DNA from: Octopus vulgaris
Lineage: Eukaryota
NCBI GenBank assembly: GCA_951406725.2
Contig: OX597817.1
Location: 1-64,000 of the forward strand
Direction of reading: 5' to 3'
DNA: 64,000 bases
In this document: positions 1-13,275 of the stretch, one piece after another
How the letters are laid out: the number at the start of each line of letters is the position of its first letter
Position numbering within the stretch: position 1 is the stretch's first letter
Notes under the pieces: generated by a model
Told to the model about the DNA's origin: nothing
The model's input: only the letters and a program-made list of their open reading frames with translations
The model's database searches: none
Position numbers and translations under genes: made by a program

Positions 1-1851
1 TCATTTACTTTGTTCAATAGAAATGTGTCTTTTACCTGCTAATGCCAGCTATATTAAGGGAAACATTGCAGGAACCAGTTACTCGACAGTTCAATTAATC
101 CTCATCTCCTACAATCAGTTCTAATGATTGGTTAGCATATCAAAGGCATTTCAAACTTTGACTATATCCTGACAGGGCATGGATTGCCTGTTTTGATTAG
201 GAGTGGTTATGATAGTGTTGTTATTTTGACCTAAGTTGACCCTGTTTGAACAAAGCATATGATCAAAAGCATTCCAGCCATAACTATCTCAAAATTAAGG
301 GAGAGAGAGTTGTGAGAGGTTTTCTTTTGAAGGAGGGGTCTCTTAAATATCCATGGGCCTCTCCTTAGCCCTAGACCATAGGCTGATACTTAAGCTTAGG
401 GTCTAGCTAAAACCACATTACCTCTTACAGGCCCTGCATTCATACACACACATATGTGTGTAATGTATACAGACAAAAATACATACATTCATACACACAC
501 ATATAGAATGCACATGTGCACTCATATACATACACATATACACACACACACACACACTCATATACATAAACATATATGCATTAATGCATACATTTATACA
601 TATACATACACTTAAAGACACATCATTACATCATTGCGCAAAGCAATGTAACTGATACAGCACTACAGTCTTTTCTCCAAAGATTCGATGACTGGTATGT
701 CATTACAGGCCAGCAGCCTCTCTTACTTTGTGTGTGTGTGTGTGTGCATGTGTGTGTGTGCGTGCGGGTGCGTGTGCTTATTTGTATGTATTTATGTCTG
801 CATGCGTATGCATATATCTATCTGCGTGTGTATTTTTTCAAAGAGAACTAGTCTGGCCATCAAACAGAAAATGATGTCATAGAGTTTTATGGAAGGTTTG
901 TTTGGTCATCATATTGATGAAGAAACATTCTAAAGTTGTGGTCAAAAGTAAAAAAAAAAAACAAGCAAATTTAGTACAATTTTTTATTCTGTACGATATA
1001 CTGTAGTGATGTAGCAAACCTACATCTAAATAAAACTCACATTTATTCTGTGTATAACTAATACTTATGCATAACTGCTAGTTACGTACAGAGCTTAGTT
1101 CTATAATCCAACGGATATGTTCACTCCACACTCATGCATAATCCTTATCTTTGTACAACTTCATATACACAACTCCATATTTATCTACAAGTCATATAAA
1201 AATGAAATCCATATGAATGTATAATCTATATTAATGTAAGTCCGATTTTTCTCCCTTATTTCATTCTTGCTCCAAAAATTTGTTGGATTAAGTGGTTATA
1301 CGAAAATAGATGCTTTTTTTTATATTTTTCAAATTGTATAGTTAATCAGTTTTTCATTTCACTGTTTTGAATAATCCATACACATATACCTACATATATA
1401 CCTACTAGTATATGCACATACAAGGAAACACACCCACACAAATATATGTATGTAAGTATATACATATTTGCAACTTGTATGTAATTTTGTGCTGTGTATA
1501 TGTACAGGCTGTATGTATGTATGTATGTGTGTATGTATGTATGTATAACTCATAGTTATGTAAGAGCCTTATGAGAAAAAATAACAAATATATAAACAAA
1601 TACTCTCTCTTTTACTTGTTTCAGTCGTTTGACTGCGGCCATACTGGAGCACTGCCTTTAGTTGAGCAAATCAACCCCAGAACTTATTCTTTGTAAGCCT
1701 AGTACTTATTCTATCGGTCTCTTTTGCCGAACCACTAAGTGCCGGTGACGTAAACACACCAGCATCGGTTGTCAAGCAATGTTGGTGGGACAAACACAGA
1801 CACACAAACATATACACACATACACACACACACATATATATATATATATAC

Positions 1852-2383
1852 ATTAATCAATTTAGGGTAGCAAAAAATTCAATAGAAATTTATCGCTACC
1901 AGCAGTCTAGTGGGAAAGAGAAAATAGTCAAAGACTATATATATAAATTCAACAACAATTAAGGAATGGCCTTAATAGGCCATTCGGCCCACTAGAAGAA
2001 GCAGCCAGGACTCAAACCGCTAAGTAGTAGTAATTCAGAAATTAAGTGAAAATTTAAAAACATTTACCCTAATTCATCTTTAGACGATGCATCGTTTCGG
2101 TGTTTTTAATGGCAAACTAGCTTAATTAAATTAAATTAAGTCAATCTACCAAAGGCTACAATTAAGTCAATCTACCAAAGAAAATAGTCAAAGACTATAT
2201 ATATAAATTCAACAACAACATATCCGTCTCTCCTGGTTTTTTTACTGATGAGGTGTAGCCTTTGGTAGATTGACTTAATTTAATTTAATTAAGCTTGTTT
2301 GCCATTAAAAACACCGAAACGATGCATCGTCTAAAGATGAATTAGGGTAAATGTTTTTAAATTTTCACTTAATTTCTGAATTA
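1852..2383. mobile_element. Penelope-like pseudo-LTR inverted-repeat cassette in (TA)n
   Basis: 130-bp inverted arms 2031-2160 and 2254-2383 (one mismatch seen); hammerhead in the right arm; TA repeats on both flanks. Confidence 0.8.
2240..2336 (+). ncRNA. Type I hammerhead ribozyme, intact core
   Basis: tttta-CTGATGA-ggtgt...acacc-GAAAC-gatgcatc-GTC-taaag; stem III ACGATGCATCGT is a perfect palindrome; predicted cleavage after C2331. Confidence 0.85.
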
Positions 2384-3424
2384 TATATATATACATATAT
2401 ACAACGGGCTTCTTTCAGTTTCCATCTACCAAATCCACTCACAAGGCTTTGGTCAGCCTGAGGCTATAGTAGAAGACGAAGACACTTACCCAAGGTGCCA
2501 TGCAGTGGGACTGAACCCGCAACCATGTGGAACATTTGCTATTTGGTTTAATTTGATGGTTAAAAAGTGAAGTAAGCTCATAACCACATGAGTTCCATTC
2601 CTGTTTGTGTCTGGGATGACTAGATTGGCATCAGCAGAATTAAAATTTGAATCAAAATTTTGATTTAGTAATGGAACATACCTGGGACCTTGGGGGGTGT
2701 GGGGTCAGTTTTAGTGGATTATTGTCTAAAAAGGACAGATTGGGAACAAGTTTAGTTAGAATTCTTGAAACTGAACAAAGAGAAGTGGAAACTAGTTCCT
2801 GGAAGCAGACATTGTGATCTAGTTTTCATTTAGAGTTGTTGCTATTTCCCTTTCTTTGCCATGCGTCGGAAAGGTGTGCATGCCACAGCTTCTCCTTTTC
2901 TTCCAAATGAGTCGAAGATTTCATCACCATTGTTGTCGATGTCATGGTTGTTGTGGTCATGGCTGTGGTTGTGGTGGTGGTCATGGTCGTTATCGCTGTC
3001 ATCATTGTCATCGTCGTCATTGTCATTGTTTTCATCATCATCATCATCATCATCTTTTTCATTATTTAACGTCCATTTTTCTATGCCTGCATGGATCGGC
3101 TGGTTTCTTATTGCTTTCTTTCATGAAAGCAATGGAAAACTACCTTTTATGATCTCCAATGCTTTTACATAACATAAGTTGGTCAACTAGATGCTGTATA
3201 GATAAAAATGACCATGTCTACCTGGGCACACAAAACATGAAGAGCTGGAATAAATCCGATAAAGCATTTTCTCCAAAACAAGAACTTTTCTGCCAATCAA
3301 TCGATTGCCCTCAACCAGGTCTTTAATTGAGCACTCCTCAAAGGATGTAAGGCAAAGTTGACTACTGCGGGATTTGAAGTGGAAATAAAATAAGCAAGAA
3401 CAAATAACTCGGGGCATTTGATGC

Positions 3425-3542
3425 TTTTATCTTCCATCTTTCAGTTGTTGGACTGTGGCCATGCTGGAGCACTGCTTTGAAGGATTTTGGCAAAAAAATC
3501 ATACCCAGTTGATACATGCACACATATGCACACACACACACA

Positions 3543-3581
<39 letters not shown>

Positions 3582-4210
3582 TAGGTTTTCACACAGTTCT
3601 CATCTACCAAATTCACTCACAAGGCATTATTCAGCCCAGAGCACTAGCATAGCTGGGGGCACTTTAGGAGCGGTCCACCCTGGGCAGCACTTTTAAAGGG
3701 GTGCCACTTTTGGGTGTGCTGCAGGCAATATGTGTTTTTTGTAGGGTTCGGGAGTGGCAAATAGAAAGGCCACCCTGGGCGGCACACACTTTAGCTATGC
3801 TAGTGGCCCAGGGCTATAGCAGAAGACACTTTGTCAAGGTGTCACACAGTAAGACTGGCGCTCTGTTGGTTATGACAAGTGTTCCAGAGGATCTAATCAA
3901 CAGAACAACCTGCTCCTGAAATTGATGTGCAAGTGGCTGAGCACTCCACAGACACATGTACCCTTAACGTAGTTCTCAGGGAGATTCAGAGTGACACAGA
4001 GTGTGACAAGGCTGGCCTATTGAAATACAGGTACTACTCATTTTTGTCAGCTGAGTGAACTGGAGCAACGTGAAATAAAGTGTCTTGCCCAAGGATACAA
4101 GGTGCTGCCAGTTATCAAATTCAAAACCTTACGTTTGTGAGTTAAATACTCTAACCTCAGAGCCATGCACTTCCATGCAATAGGACTGAACCCCAAAGCT
4201 ATGTGGTTGC
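3425..4210 (-). mobile_element. Family-1 SINE with a nested MITE (3642-3805) and a nested second SINE family (about 3853-4175)
   Basis: Family-1 segments resume after each insertion; the nested SINE resembles copies at 5295-5860 and 7700-7975. Confidence 0.7.
3642..3805. mobile_element. 164-bp hAT-type MITE
   Basis: Perfect 13-bp TIR CACTAGCATAGCT/AGCTATGCTAGTG; 8-bp target duplication GCCCAGAG/GCCCAGGG (7/8 match). Confidence 0.8.
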
Positions 4211-5294
4211 AATAAATTATATAAAAAAGGAAATAAAAAGTTAAACTGACTTTTCAGTCAATGAACCAGGTTACACAATACTAACTGAGCAGGAAATATG
4301 ACACAGACTTGGTGTTGGGAAAGAGAGAAAGGTAGGTGGATGCAGATGAGCTGAGTATAGTGTTGGTGGTGGTGGTGGTGGATATGAGAGTGATGGTCAT
4401 GAGAGAAGAGACAAAAGGAGGATGTAACTTGATGACAATGAGCTGGAGACATAGTAAATGGTATCAGGTTAGTTTGATCTAATGGTTCAGTGATACAGAG
4501 GGAAGCCTTTTATTTCAGATGTGTATTTAAGTATTTAGGGTGCATTTAAATATAATTAAGGGCTTGTAACTGCTATGAGATAATATTTACTTATGTGACT
4601 TGCAATGAAAATAGATCACTGCTATTATGTACTTTGCTGTGTTGATGACATGGGTTTTAAAAATCAAATTAATATGAGATGTTTACTGCTGTTGTTTAAC
4701 TCCAGGTCAGCTTTCATCAAACAGACCTATGATCAAAGAAATTCCAATGAGATAGGTGCAGTTGAATTTAAGTGACTCACTGTATTTGACTTGTTAGTAT
4801 TTAATCATTCAGAGTTCAAATCCCATCAAGATCAACTCTGCTTTTCGTCTTTTCAATATTGATGAAATAAAGTACCAGTGAAAATGTTGAAGCAATGGAT
4901 GAGATACTTTGCAGTGTCTCTGAGTTCGAATTCCACTGAAGTACCCACTGTGGCCTAAACATGGGAGCATCATGTGCCGCTTATGACAGGCAAGCATAAA
5001 CAGGTAGGGAGAAGAAAAAAAGCATTGATAATTTGGCAATGTCATGCTGATGCCTTGAACCAGGTGTGTATCAAAAATGGCTAAATAAAAATAGGACAAC
5101 AAAAGGCGAAGTCAACCCCAACAGGATTTGAACTCAGGAAAAATAACATAAATGAAATACTGCAAGCCATTTTGTCTACCAGTTCAGTTAGCCATTGCCT
5201 TTAAGAATGACATAAATACAATGACTGATTTGTTAAATATCATCAACAATAGCGCTACTAAAAGACCATTATTAATACTGTCATCAAGAGCAAA

Positions 5295-5860
5295 AACTGG
5301 TACTTGGTCAGTTGCGATGACAAAGGTTCCATTTGATCCAGTCAATGGAATAACTTGCATGTGAAATTAATGTGCAAGTGGTTGAGTACTCCACAGACAT
5401 GCATACCCTCAATACAATTCTCAGGGAGGGTTCCTGTGCCGGTGGCATGTAAAAAGTATCATTCAAGCATGGTCGATGCCAGTACTGCTTGACTGGCCCC
5501 CCGTGTCAGAGCAGTTGGCATTAGGAAGGGCATCTAGCTGTAGAAACCTTGCCAGATCAGATTAGACCCTGGTGCAGCCTTCTGGCTTGCCAGTCCTTGG
5601 TCAATAAGTCCAACCCATGCCAGCATGGAAAGTGGGTGTTAAACGATGTTGATGATGATGATGATTCAGTGTGACACAGAATGTGCTAAGGCTGGACCTT
5701 TGAATTACAGATACCCCTATATTTTGCCAGCTTAGTGGACTAGAGCAACATGAAATGAAGTTTTTTGCTCAAGGACATTACACATGGCTTGGAATTAAAC
5801 TCACAACCTTATGAGTGTGAGCCGAATACTCTAACCACTAAACCATGTGCCTTCACCATC
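5295..5860 (-). mobile_element. tRNA-derived SINE (family 3) with an RTE-3'-derived repeat inserted at about 5430-5665
   Basis: Similar to 3853-4175; the insert ends in ...ccatgccagcatggaaagtgggtgttaaacgatgttgatgatgat, the same 3' end as the RTE at 22600-22660. Confidence 0.7.
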
Positions 5861-5947
5861 AGGGACAACAATAGTGGCGACGTAGTGATGGTGGTGGTGG
5901 CAGTCAATCTTCTGATGAAACCAATGGAAACTAGGGAACTACAAACT

Positions 5948-6310
5948 TTCATGGCATATAGGACACACTATTTTTCATGGCTAATAAGACACACAACTTT
6001 TCATGGCATATAGGATACACTATTTTTCATGGCTAATAAGACACAGAACTTTTCATGGCATATAGGACACACTATTTTTCATGGCTAATAAGACACACAT
6101 TTTTTCATGGCTAATAAGACACACAACTTTTCATGGCATATAGGATACACTATTTTTCATGGCTAATAAGACACAATTTTTCATGGCATATAGGACACAC
6201 TATTTTTCATGGCTAATAAGACACACAATTTTTCATGGCATATAGGACACATTATTTTTCATGGCAAATAGGACACTATTTTTTATGGCATATAGGACAC
6301 TATTTTTCAA
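5948..6310. repeat. Minisatellite of alternating ~26-bp A/B subunits
   Basis: ttttcatggcatataggacacactat alternating with ttttcatggctaataagacacacaac. Confidence 0.9.
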
Positions 6311-6823
6311 AGCAAAAAGTTTCAAAATTTTACCTCAGGTCCTGTATCCAAAGTTGGGCCTCCCATCGGCTTTAATCCACTAAAGACATTTTTTCCTGAA
6401 TATGTGCTGCTGAAATGAGAGGCTGATATCTAATATCTTCATTTATCTTTTATGTTATCAAATATCATATGTTTCCATTGGTTTTTCAAATTACTGATGC
6501 TGCCTGTTCATCGTATTTTGGTGATAGGGTTGGCCTTGAGCTCAGAATGCTCAGAGATGGAAGGGATACCATGAGCTATCCCACTTGGACAGCTACTTCT
6601 TCTTTTTGTTTTTGTTTTATCAATCCCCAAAAGGATAAAATGCTGAGTTGATATCGGTTAAATTTGAAGTCAGAAAAAACAGAGGGTTGAAATAAATATC
6701 ATTGGGGGAGGAGGAGAAAGGGTGTGTGTGTGTGTGTGTGGCATTGTGTCTAACACTTTAACAGCTCTTCCACTTTTCACAACTACAACACCTCCAACAA
6801 TATCAAAAACAACAATATTGGCT

Positions 6824-6875
6824 TCATCATCATCACCACTATCATCACCATCATCATCATCATCATCATCACTAC

Positions 6876-6962
<87 letters not shown>

Positions 6963-6992
6963 CATCACCATCATCATCAACAACAACAACAA
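6824..6992. repeat. (CAT)n microsatellite
   Basis: Direct reading. Confidence 0.95.
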
Positions 6993-7443
6993 TAAACATG
7001 GCAAAATGTTAATGTAGTCCTGAAGTGACATTGCAATCTGTTGGTGGATCCCTTAATGAAAATAAATGAGTTTTGATGGTGTCGGAGGGAGCAATGAGAA
7101 GGGGGGGAGAAGGGCTGAGACTTGCATCCGTGGGACATTAACATTGTTGGTTGCGTCGGTGGGTTTGGTTTGGTGTGTGGGGAGGGGGTCAGTAGAAACC
7201 AATTAAAGTTGTGATTGACTGATTGATTTGATTGATGGAGTAAGTGAGTGATCTGGTGCCTTTCACTTTCATTGGGACTATCGAGGTTATGTCTAATTAG
7301 GGATTGGTAGTGTGGTATCTGTGATGGTGGTGGTGGGGATTGTAGTGGTGGTAGTAATGGTATCGACTGTGGTGGTAGTGGTAGTAGTAGTAGTAGTTGT
7401 ATCGATTGTAGTGGTGGTGGTTGTGGTGGTAGTGGTAGTGGTA

Positions 7444-7677
7444 GACGGTGAGCTGGCAGAGATGTTAGCACACCGGATGAAATGCTTAGTGGTATTTCGT
7501 CTGCCGTTACGTTCTGAGTTCAAATTCCGCCGAGGTCAACTTTGCCTTTCATTCTTTCGGGGTCGATTAAATAAGTACCAGTTATGCACTGGTGTTGATA
7601 TAATCGACTTAATCCGTTTGTCTGTCCTTGTTTGTCCTCTCTGTGTTTAGCCCCTTGTGGGTAGTAAAGAAATAGGT
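7444..7677 (+). mobile_element. SINE family 2 (head gacggtgagctggcaga, central gcctttcatcctttcggggtcgataaa-type domain)
   Basis: Closely matches 57291-57515; decayed copies near 26180-26360, 39655-39870, 40000-40210, 46080-46330, 48115-48295 and 60411-60600. Confidence 0.8.
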
Positions 7678-9231
7678 AGTGGTCGTGTGGTATCTAACTA
7701 ACTGGCACTTCTTCAGTTATGACGATATAGGTTCCAATTGATCCAATCAACACAACAGCCTGCTTGTGAAATTAATGTACAAGTGGCTGAGCATTCTACA
7801 GACGGGCATACTCCCAACATGGTTCTCAGAGAGATTCAGCATGATACAGAACATGACACAGCTGGCCCTTTGAATTACTTACAGGTACAACTCACTTTTG
7901 ATTGGTGCAACATGAAATAAAGTGTCTTATTGAAGGACACAATGAGCTGGTGGGAATTGAACTTGTAGGAAATGAGTTGGCACTGGATGGGTGCTTCACA
8001 AGTCCATACATAGTTCATGGAAGGAAAAGGCGAGGACAAGATCTCTCCGAACAAATAACAATAATAATTCATTTCGCCTGAATAAACATTTCATCTCTGG
8101 ACATCGGTAGCCTGGACGCCTTGGTATGGAAGCAGCAGGGTTGGTAGTTAGACACAAAAATATGATGTGATAATGAACCAAATAGCTTAACAATTCAGCC
8201 AAACACTTTATCATACACATAGCCATTACTTCTCTTTGAATTCTTGGGAACGTTGGGCCTCACATAGGGGATAAATGACCAAGATCATTGTCGATATGCT
8301 GTGCTTGAGAAGACTCATCAGGCTCAAGTGAAATCATAGCTGTGGTAATATCAGTGCCATGTAATTGGCACTTCATGTTGTTGGCATGTAAAAAGCACCC
8401 ATTACACTCTTGGAGTAGTTGGTGTTAGAAGGGGGCATCCAGCCATGGAAACCATGCTAAAACAGGTTGGAACCTGGTGCAGCTCTCCAACTTACCAGTT
8501 TCAGTCAAACCATCCAATCCATGCCAGCATGGAAAGCAGACCCTAAATGATGATGATATTATGCCAGTTTAATCTTTGTTATTCTTTTGAGACCTGAACT
8601 TAATACATTATATAGAGCAGTCACAGGCTCCCTGTGTCCCACTGGACTTTCTGAATGGTATGCTTAATAAGAATTTACTTTGAAACTCAGTAGTTGTGTA
8701 GCTTGGTTGATGATGAGCCTTGTCTCATGTGACCTGCTTCTTGAAAAAGGTTTCCCATGTCTGATATTGAGTGTGCCTCTGTGTGTGTGTGTGAGTATCT
8801 GTGTGTATGCATTTATGTGCATGTGTATATGTGTGTGCATGCATGTGTGCATGTATATGTGTGTCTGTGTGTGTGTTGTTAAATATCATTTAACGTAAGT
8901 AGTACAAAGATATGAGCTACTAATAATTTTTTGCTTGGAGAGGCTGGTCTAGGAAAGTTTTTATAATATGCCAAATATCTCCAAATAATCTTCAAGCTCT
9001 GAACTCATGCTCTATTCAATTTGCAAACCAGGACGCTGGTACAAGAGAAATTTCAAGAAAAAAATGAAAAGATAGACGCAAAAATGGAAGGAAAAAGAAA
9101 AAAAAAAGAAAATTAGAATTATATCTCCTTTGATTGTAAAGCCACAATTAAGCTAGTTGTTATAGAATAATTCAGTGGAGATGGGTCCCAATCTGTGAGA
9201 TAGCTGCTTAATTCAGAGAGGGTGATGTCTT

Positions 9232-9545
9232 TCAGTTCACCAAAAGAAATTTGTCCATATATTTGCATTTGCTGAAAATTTCAGGTCTGGAATCCAATAT
9301 TGCAATGGAATTCTTAGATCTAAAATGAATATGTGATTTTTCAGCTATGCATAAGTTGCATTTCTTAGATCCATTAACATACGGCATGAATTTTTCTACC
9401 ATTTTCCATCTGGTTGTATATGGTGTACAGTTGGTCTTCAAATTCCATACAAGTTTAGCCAACTTAGTGGCTTTACTTTTGTCAATGTGTATCTATATAA
9501 CAAGATTGGTTAGTTTTTCTTGTATGTGTGCCAGGTGATGAAAAA
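9232..9545 (-). pseudogene. Penelope-like GIY-YIG endonuclease C-terminal fragment
   Basis: LAKLVWNLK...W...PY...CNLCIAEK...LDSRPEIFSKCKY aligns by eye with the ORFs at 43808 and 62450. Confidence 0.75.
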
Positions 9546-11202
9546 TTCTAGTGGAGAGCATGATGAAGGACTGCAGCAGTGATGGGGAGATGAAGGTGTA
9601 TAGCAGCTGCTAAGATGAAGAACCACGATAGGTGATAGGATGAATGACTCTGAAAGGCAGTAAGCTGAATCACTAAACTGAATGTTGAGATAAGGGACTG
9701 TGGCAGGTAGTGAGAATGTAGCAGGTTGTAAGATAAAAGACTGATTGATGGACTACATGTGGTGAGATGAAGGATCATGGCAGTTGGTGAGCTGAAGGAC
9801 CTCAACAGGCAGTTTATGATGATTTGTAATGGAAAGCAAGACATTAAGTGTTTGTGTGTATGTGTGTGTGTATGTACTCACACAAACACTTATTCACATA
9901 TGCATATGCATGCAAGCTTATCCATGCACACTCACATATATATAGACATTCAATAAAACTGCTGATTTCATGAATAGGAAAACTTGACAAATGCCTTCTT
10001 ATGCACACACACACACACACAAACACTATATACATATGTATTTGCATGCATATGCACACTTTTGTTCTTATTGGTGTGCATTCAGGTATATAAGGTACAT
10101 TTTATTTTGCACTCATTAACAAATATATATCCATATCCTTTTTCTTTTGTTTTGTGCAGCTTCTTGCAAAAACTGCGCAACGTGGGGTGGGTGGAGGAAA
10201 TATAATATACATATATATAAAGAAAAATCCTATCAAAGCTACAAGATATTTGTTAGGATAGACAAGATGAAGGAAAGGGGGATAAAAGAAAGGAGAAAAG
10301 CCATTAAAGATATAAGCACGAGGAAGAGGAAAGACAGGGAAACAAGGAAAGGAGAAGGAAAAAATAAGAAACTGGAAGAGAAGAGGATAGAAGTTATTTG
10401 CAGGCATTGAGTTAAAAGAGAATGATAAGTAAAAGAAGAAAAGACAAGAAAAAAGGTGGAGGAGAGGGAGAGAAAGAGAGAGAGAGAGGTGGGTAGGTGG
10501 AAGTATGAAAGATGTTGTGTTTGAGGAACTAGGTATGGTGTGTGTATAGATAGGATAGCGGAAGAATGATAGTTATATTAAAGCATAAGAACAGAGAGGA
10601 GAAAGGGGTAACAGAAGGGAAGGCTATATGGTGGGTGCAGGGGACATTCTATGTGTGAAGTGTTTCTGCGATTTTAGAATATTTAGGTAAGGGTGATATA
10701 TTGGAGAAGAAGAAATCCCAGATGGAATAGGTTAGGAAAGGTAGAAAAGAAACAAAAGAAATGGTAGGAAAAAATATGAAAAATGTAAGAATAAATAAAA
10801 GCAAGATAAGCAAGATGGTAGAAAGTTTAGAAAGGTGCTGCCATCTATGCAACATGGTATAAAGTGTAATTATATAGAAGTAAGCATCATTATGGATGCT
10901 TACTTCTATTAAAAAAACGATGTGCATGTGTTTAATATTACATGGATTTATGTATACACACAAACATGTGCACCCATGTATACACAGATACATACACTCA
11001 CACACTCACACATATATATATATGTATGTCTACATATATATCTGTATATGTATGTGTGTGCAGACACACACACACACACATATTGTACATATATAAGTGT
11101 ATGTGTATGCTTATATGTGTTTGTGTGTGTATATATATATATATATATAGATAGATAGATAGATAGATAGATGTATGTATGTATGTATATATATATATAT
11201 AT

Positions 11203-11260
<58 letters not shown>

Positions 11261-11585
11261 ATATATATATATATACATACATACATATATATATATAAAT
11301 ATGTATTGCAGTCTAATATTTATAATAGGTCTTAATTTCTATGTATTAATTATACTTTCTTCATTAACGTCAATATGTATTTTATTCAATGTAAGGTTTT
11401 TTCCTCGAATTTTATAATTTTTATAATTTTTTATATATATATACATATATTTTTGAGCCTTTTTTGTTTATCGCTCGAAGATTGACCGTTATTTCTAAAG
11501 GGCCAATCAAACAAGTCCATTTTTTTTAAAGGTGTAGCGTTTGTAAGAGTCTAGATCGAATTGATATATCGGTTCCATTCTAGCA

Positions 11586-11631
11586 AAAACTGTCTGATGA
11601 ATGGCAACGAGAAACTCAGAGTAACAGATTT
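11586..11631 (+). ncRNA. Minimal type I hammerhead ribozyme, intact core
   Basis: ctgt-CTGATGA-atggcaacga-GAAAC-tcaga-GTA-acag; stem III ACTC-A-GAGT; lies in a short AT-rich cassette (about 11300-11660) between TA repeats. Confidence 0.75.
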
Positions 11632-11659
11632 TGTTGAATTTTCTGCTGCTTTAAATAAA

Positions 11660-11698
<39 letters not shown>

Positions 11699-11820
11699 TG
11701 CAAACACACATATGCATGTATCATGCAGATACACATAAACACACATATATATTACAGTTGAACCAATGCAGGCTCTGATCCAAATACATGAAATATATGT
11801 ATGCGTGTGCACACACACAC

Positions 11821-11857
11821 ATTATTATTATTGTTGTTGTTGTTCTTCTTCTTCTTC

Positions 11858-11891
<34 letters not shown>

Positions 11892-11992
11892 CATCATCAT
11901 TATCATTATTATTGTTGTTGTTGGTGTTATTATTATTATTATTGTTATTATTATTGTTATTATTGTTATTATTATTATTATTATTATTACTA
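11821..11992. repeat. Compound (TTA/TTG/TTC)n microsatellite
   Basis: Direct reading. Confidence 0.95.
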
Positions 11993-12967
11993 CTCTGTAC
12001 TGTACAGGTAGCACAAATTCAGTTATATGACATCCACATAAGTGCATCTATTATCTATACATATATAATTGTTCAATAGTGTGAAAGGCTGCTATATATA
12101 TGTATGTCTACATACGTACAAATATACATTCATACACCAGAAATTGAGATATATGACATATCCTCATGAATATACACAATATCTATACATATGTAATTGT
12201 TCAATACAGTGATGGGTGATATATCAACATATAAATATATATATCTATGTCATGTGTGTAGATGTATATGTATATATATACACACACATATACAAATCTG
12301 AAACAAGAGAGTGTGTGCGTGCAAGTTTGCATGTGTGTATGTATTTATGCAAACATTTATATATATATATAAATGTATGTATTTATGCAAACATTTATAT
12401 ATATATATGTAAGTATGTGTATGTATATGTGTTGTATGTGTGCGTATATATGTGTATGTGTGTGTGTAAATTTAATATATTTACTCAAATATACTCACAT
12501 AGCAAGTGTTTATGTGTGTTTATGTGGGGTATCTGTTTTTCAGTTCGTTCTTTATGCATGTTGTGTTTACATACCTGTAGATGTTAGCATTTGACTTCTG
12601 CATATGTATCTATGTATGGGTATGCATCTAGGCAGATATTCTATGTACACGTAATGCTGTTTCATTTCATATCACAATTCTATCAATCTCTGCACCAAAA
12701 CTATTAAATACACATCCCTGAAAGGTGCGAACACCGTATGAATAATGATTACTCACAAATCTTCTGGTTCATTGATTACATAAGTAACCTCTGAAATATT
12801 TCAAGTTTCAAAAATAATACACATGTATGTGCAGGCATGACGGTGAGGTGTAACCTTGGCTACGAGGCACAAGCGTGACTGTGAGGCACAAGTTCAGCTG
12901 GGAGACACAGGAATGGTTAAGGCACAGGCCTGGCTGTGAAGCACAAGAATGGCTGAGGTACATACTT

Positions 12968-13275
12968 TTTGTTGTTTGTTCCTTCTCGAGCCATGCCTGG
13001 CTCATAAGGGCCAGTTTCTCAGTTTCTTTGGCATATAGGCTCCCCACCTGGACAGGAGGCTGGTCCATCGCAGTTGAGCTGCAAGATGCAGGAGGAAAGA
13101 GTAAGAGAAAGTTGTGGCAAAAGAGCCATCAGAAGTTCGCCATTATCTTCTGCCGGAGCTGCGTGGAGCTTAGGTGTTTCGCTCATAAACACACACATTG
13201 ACCGGTCTAAGATTCGAATCCATGATCCCTTGACTGCGAGTCTGCTGCGCTAACCACTAGGCCATATGCCTCCAC
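12968..13275 (-). mobile_element. tRNA-derived SINE (family 4) with a 15-bp target site duplication
   Basis: CTGAGGTACATACTT at 12953-12967 and 13276-13290; tRNA-like head related to the + strand copy at 15457. Confidence 0.85.

Larger units (their letters stand above)
1602..2530 (-). mobile_element. tRNA-derived SINE (family 1), interrupted at 1852-2383 by a hammerhead-bearing cassette
   Basis: Reverse complement of the family-1 copy at 38632-39040: 3' tail at 1602-1660, head-proximal part at 2400-2530, insertion inside its internal (CA/TA)n. Confidence 0.85.
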
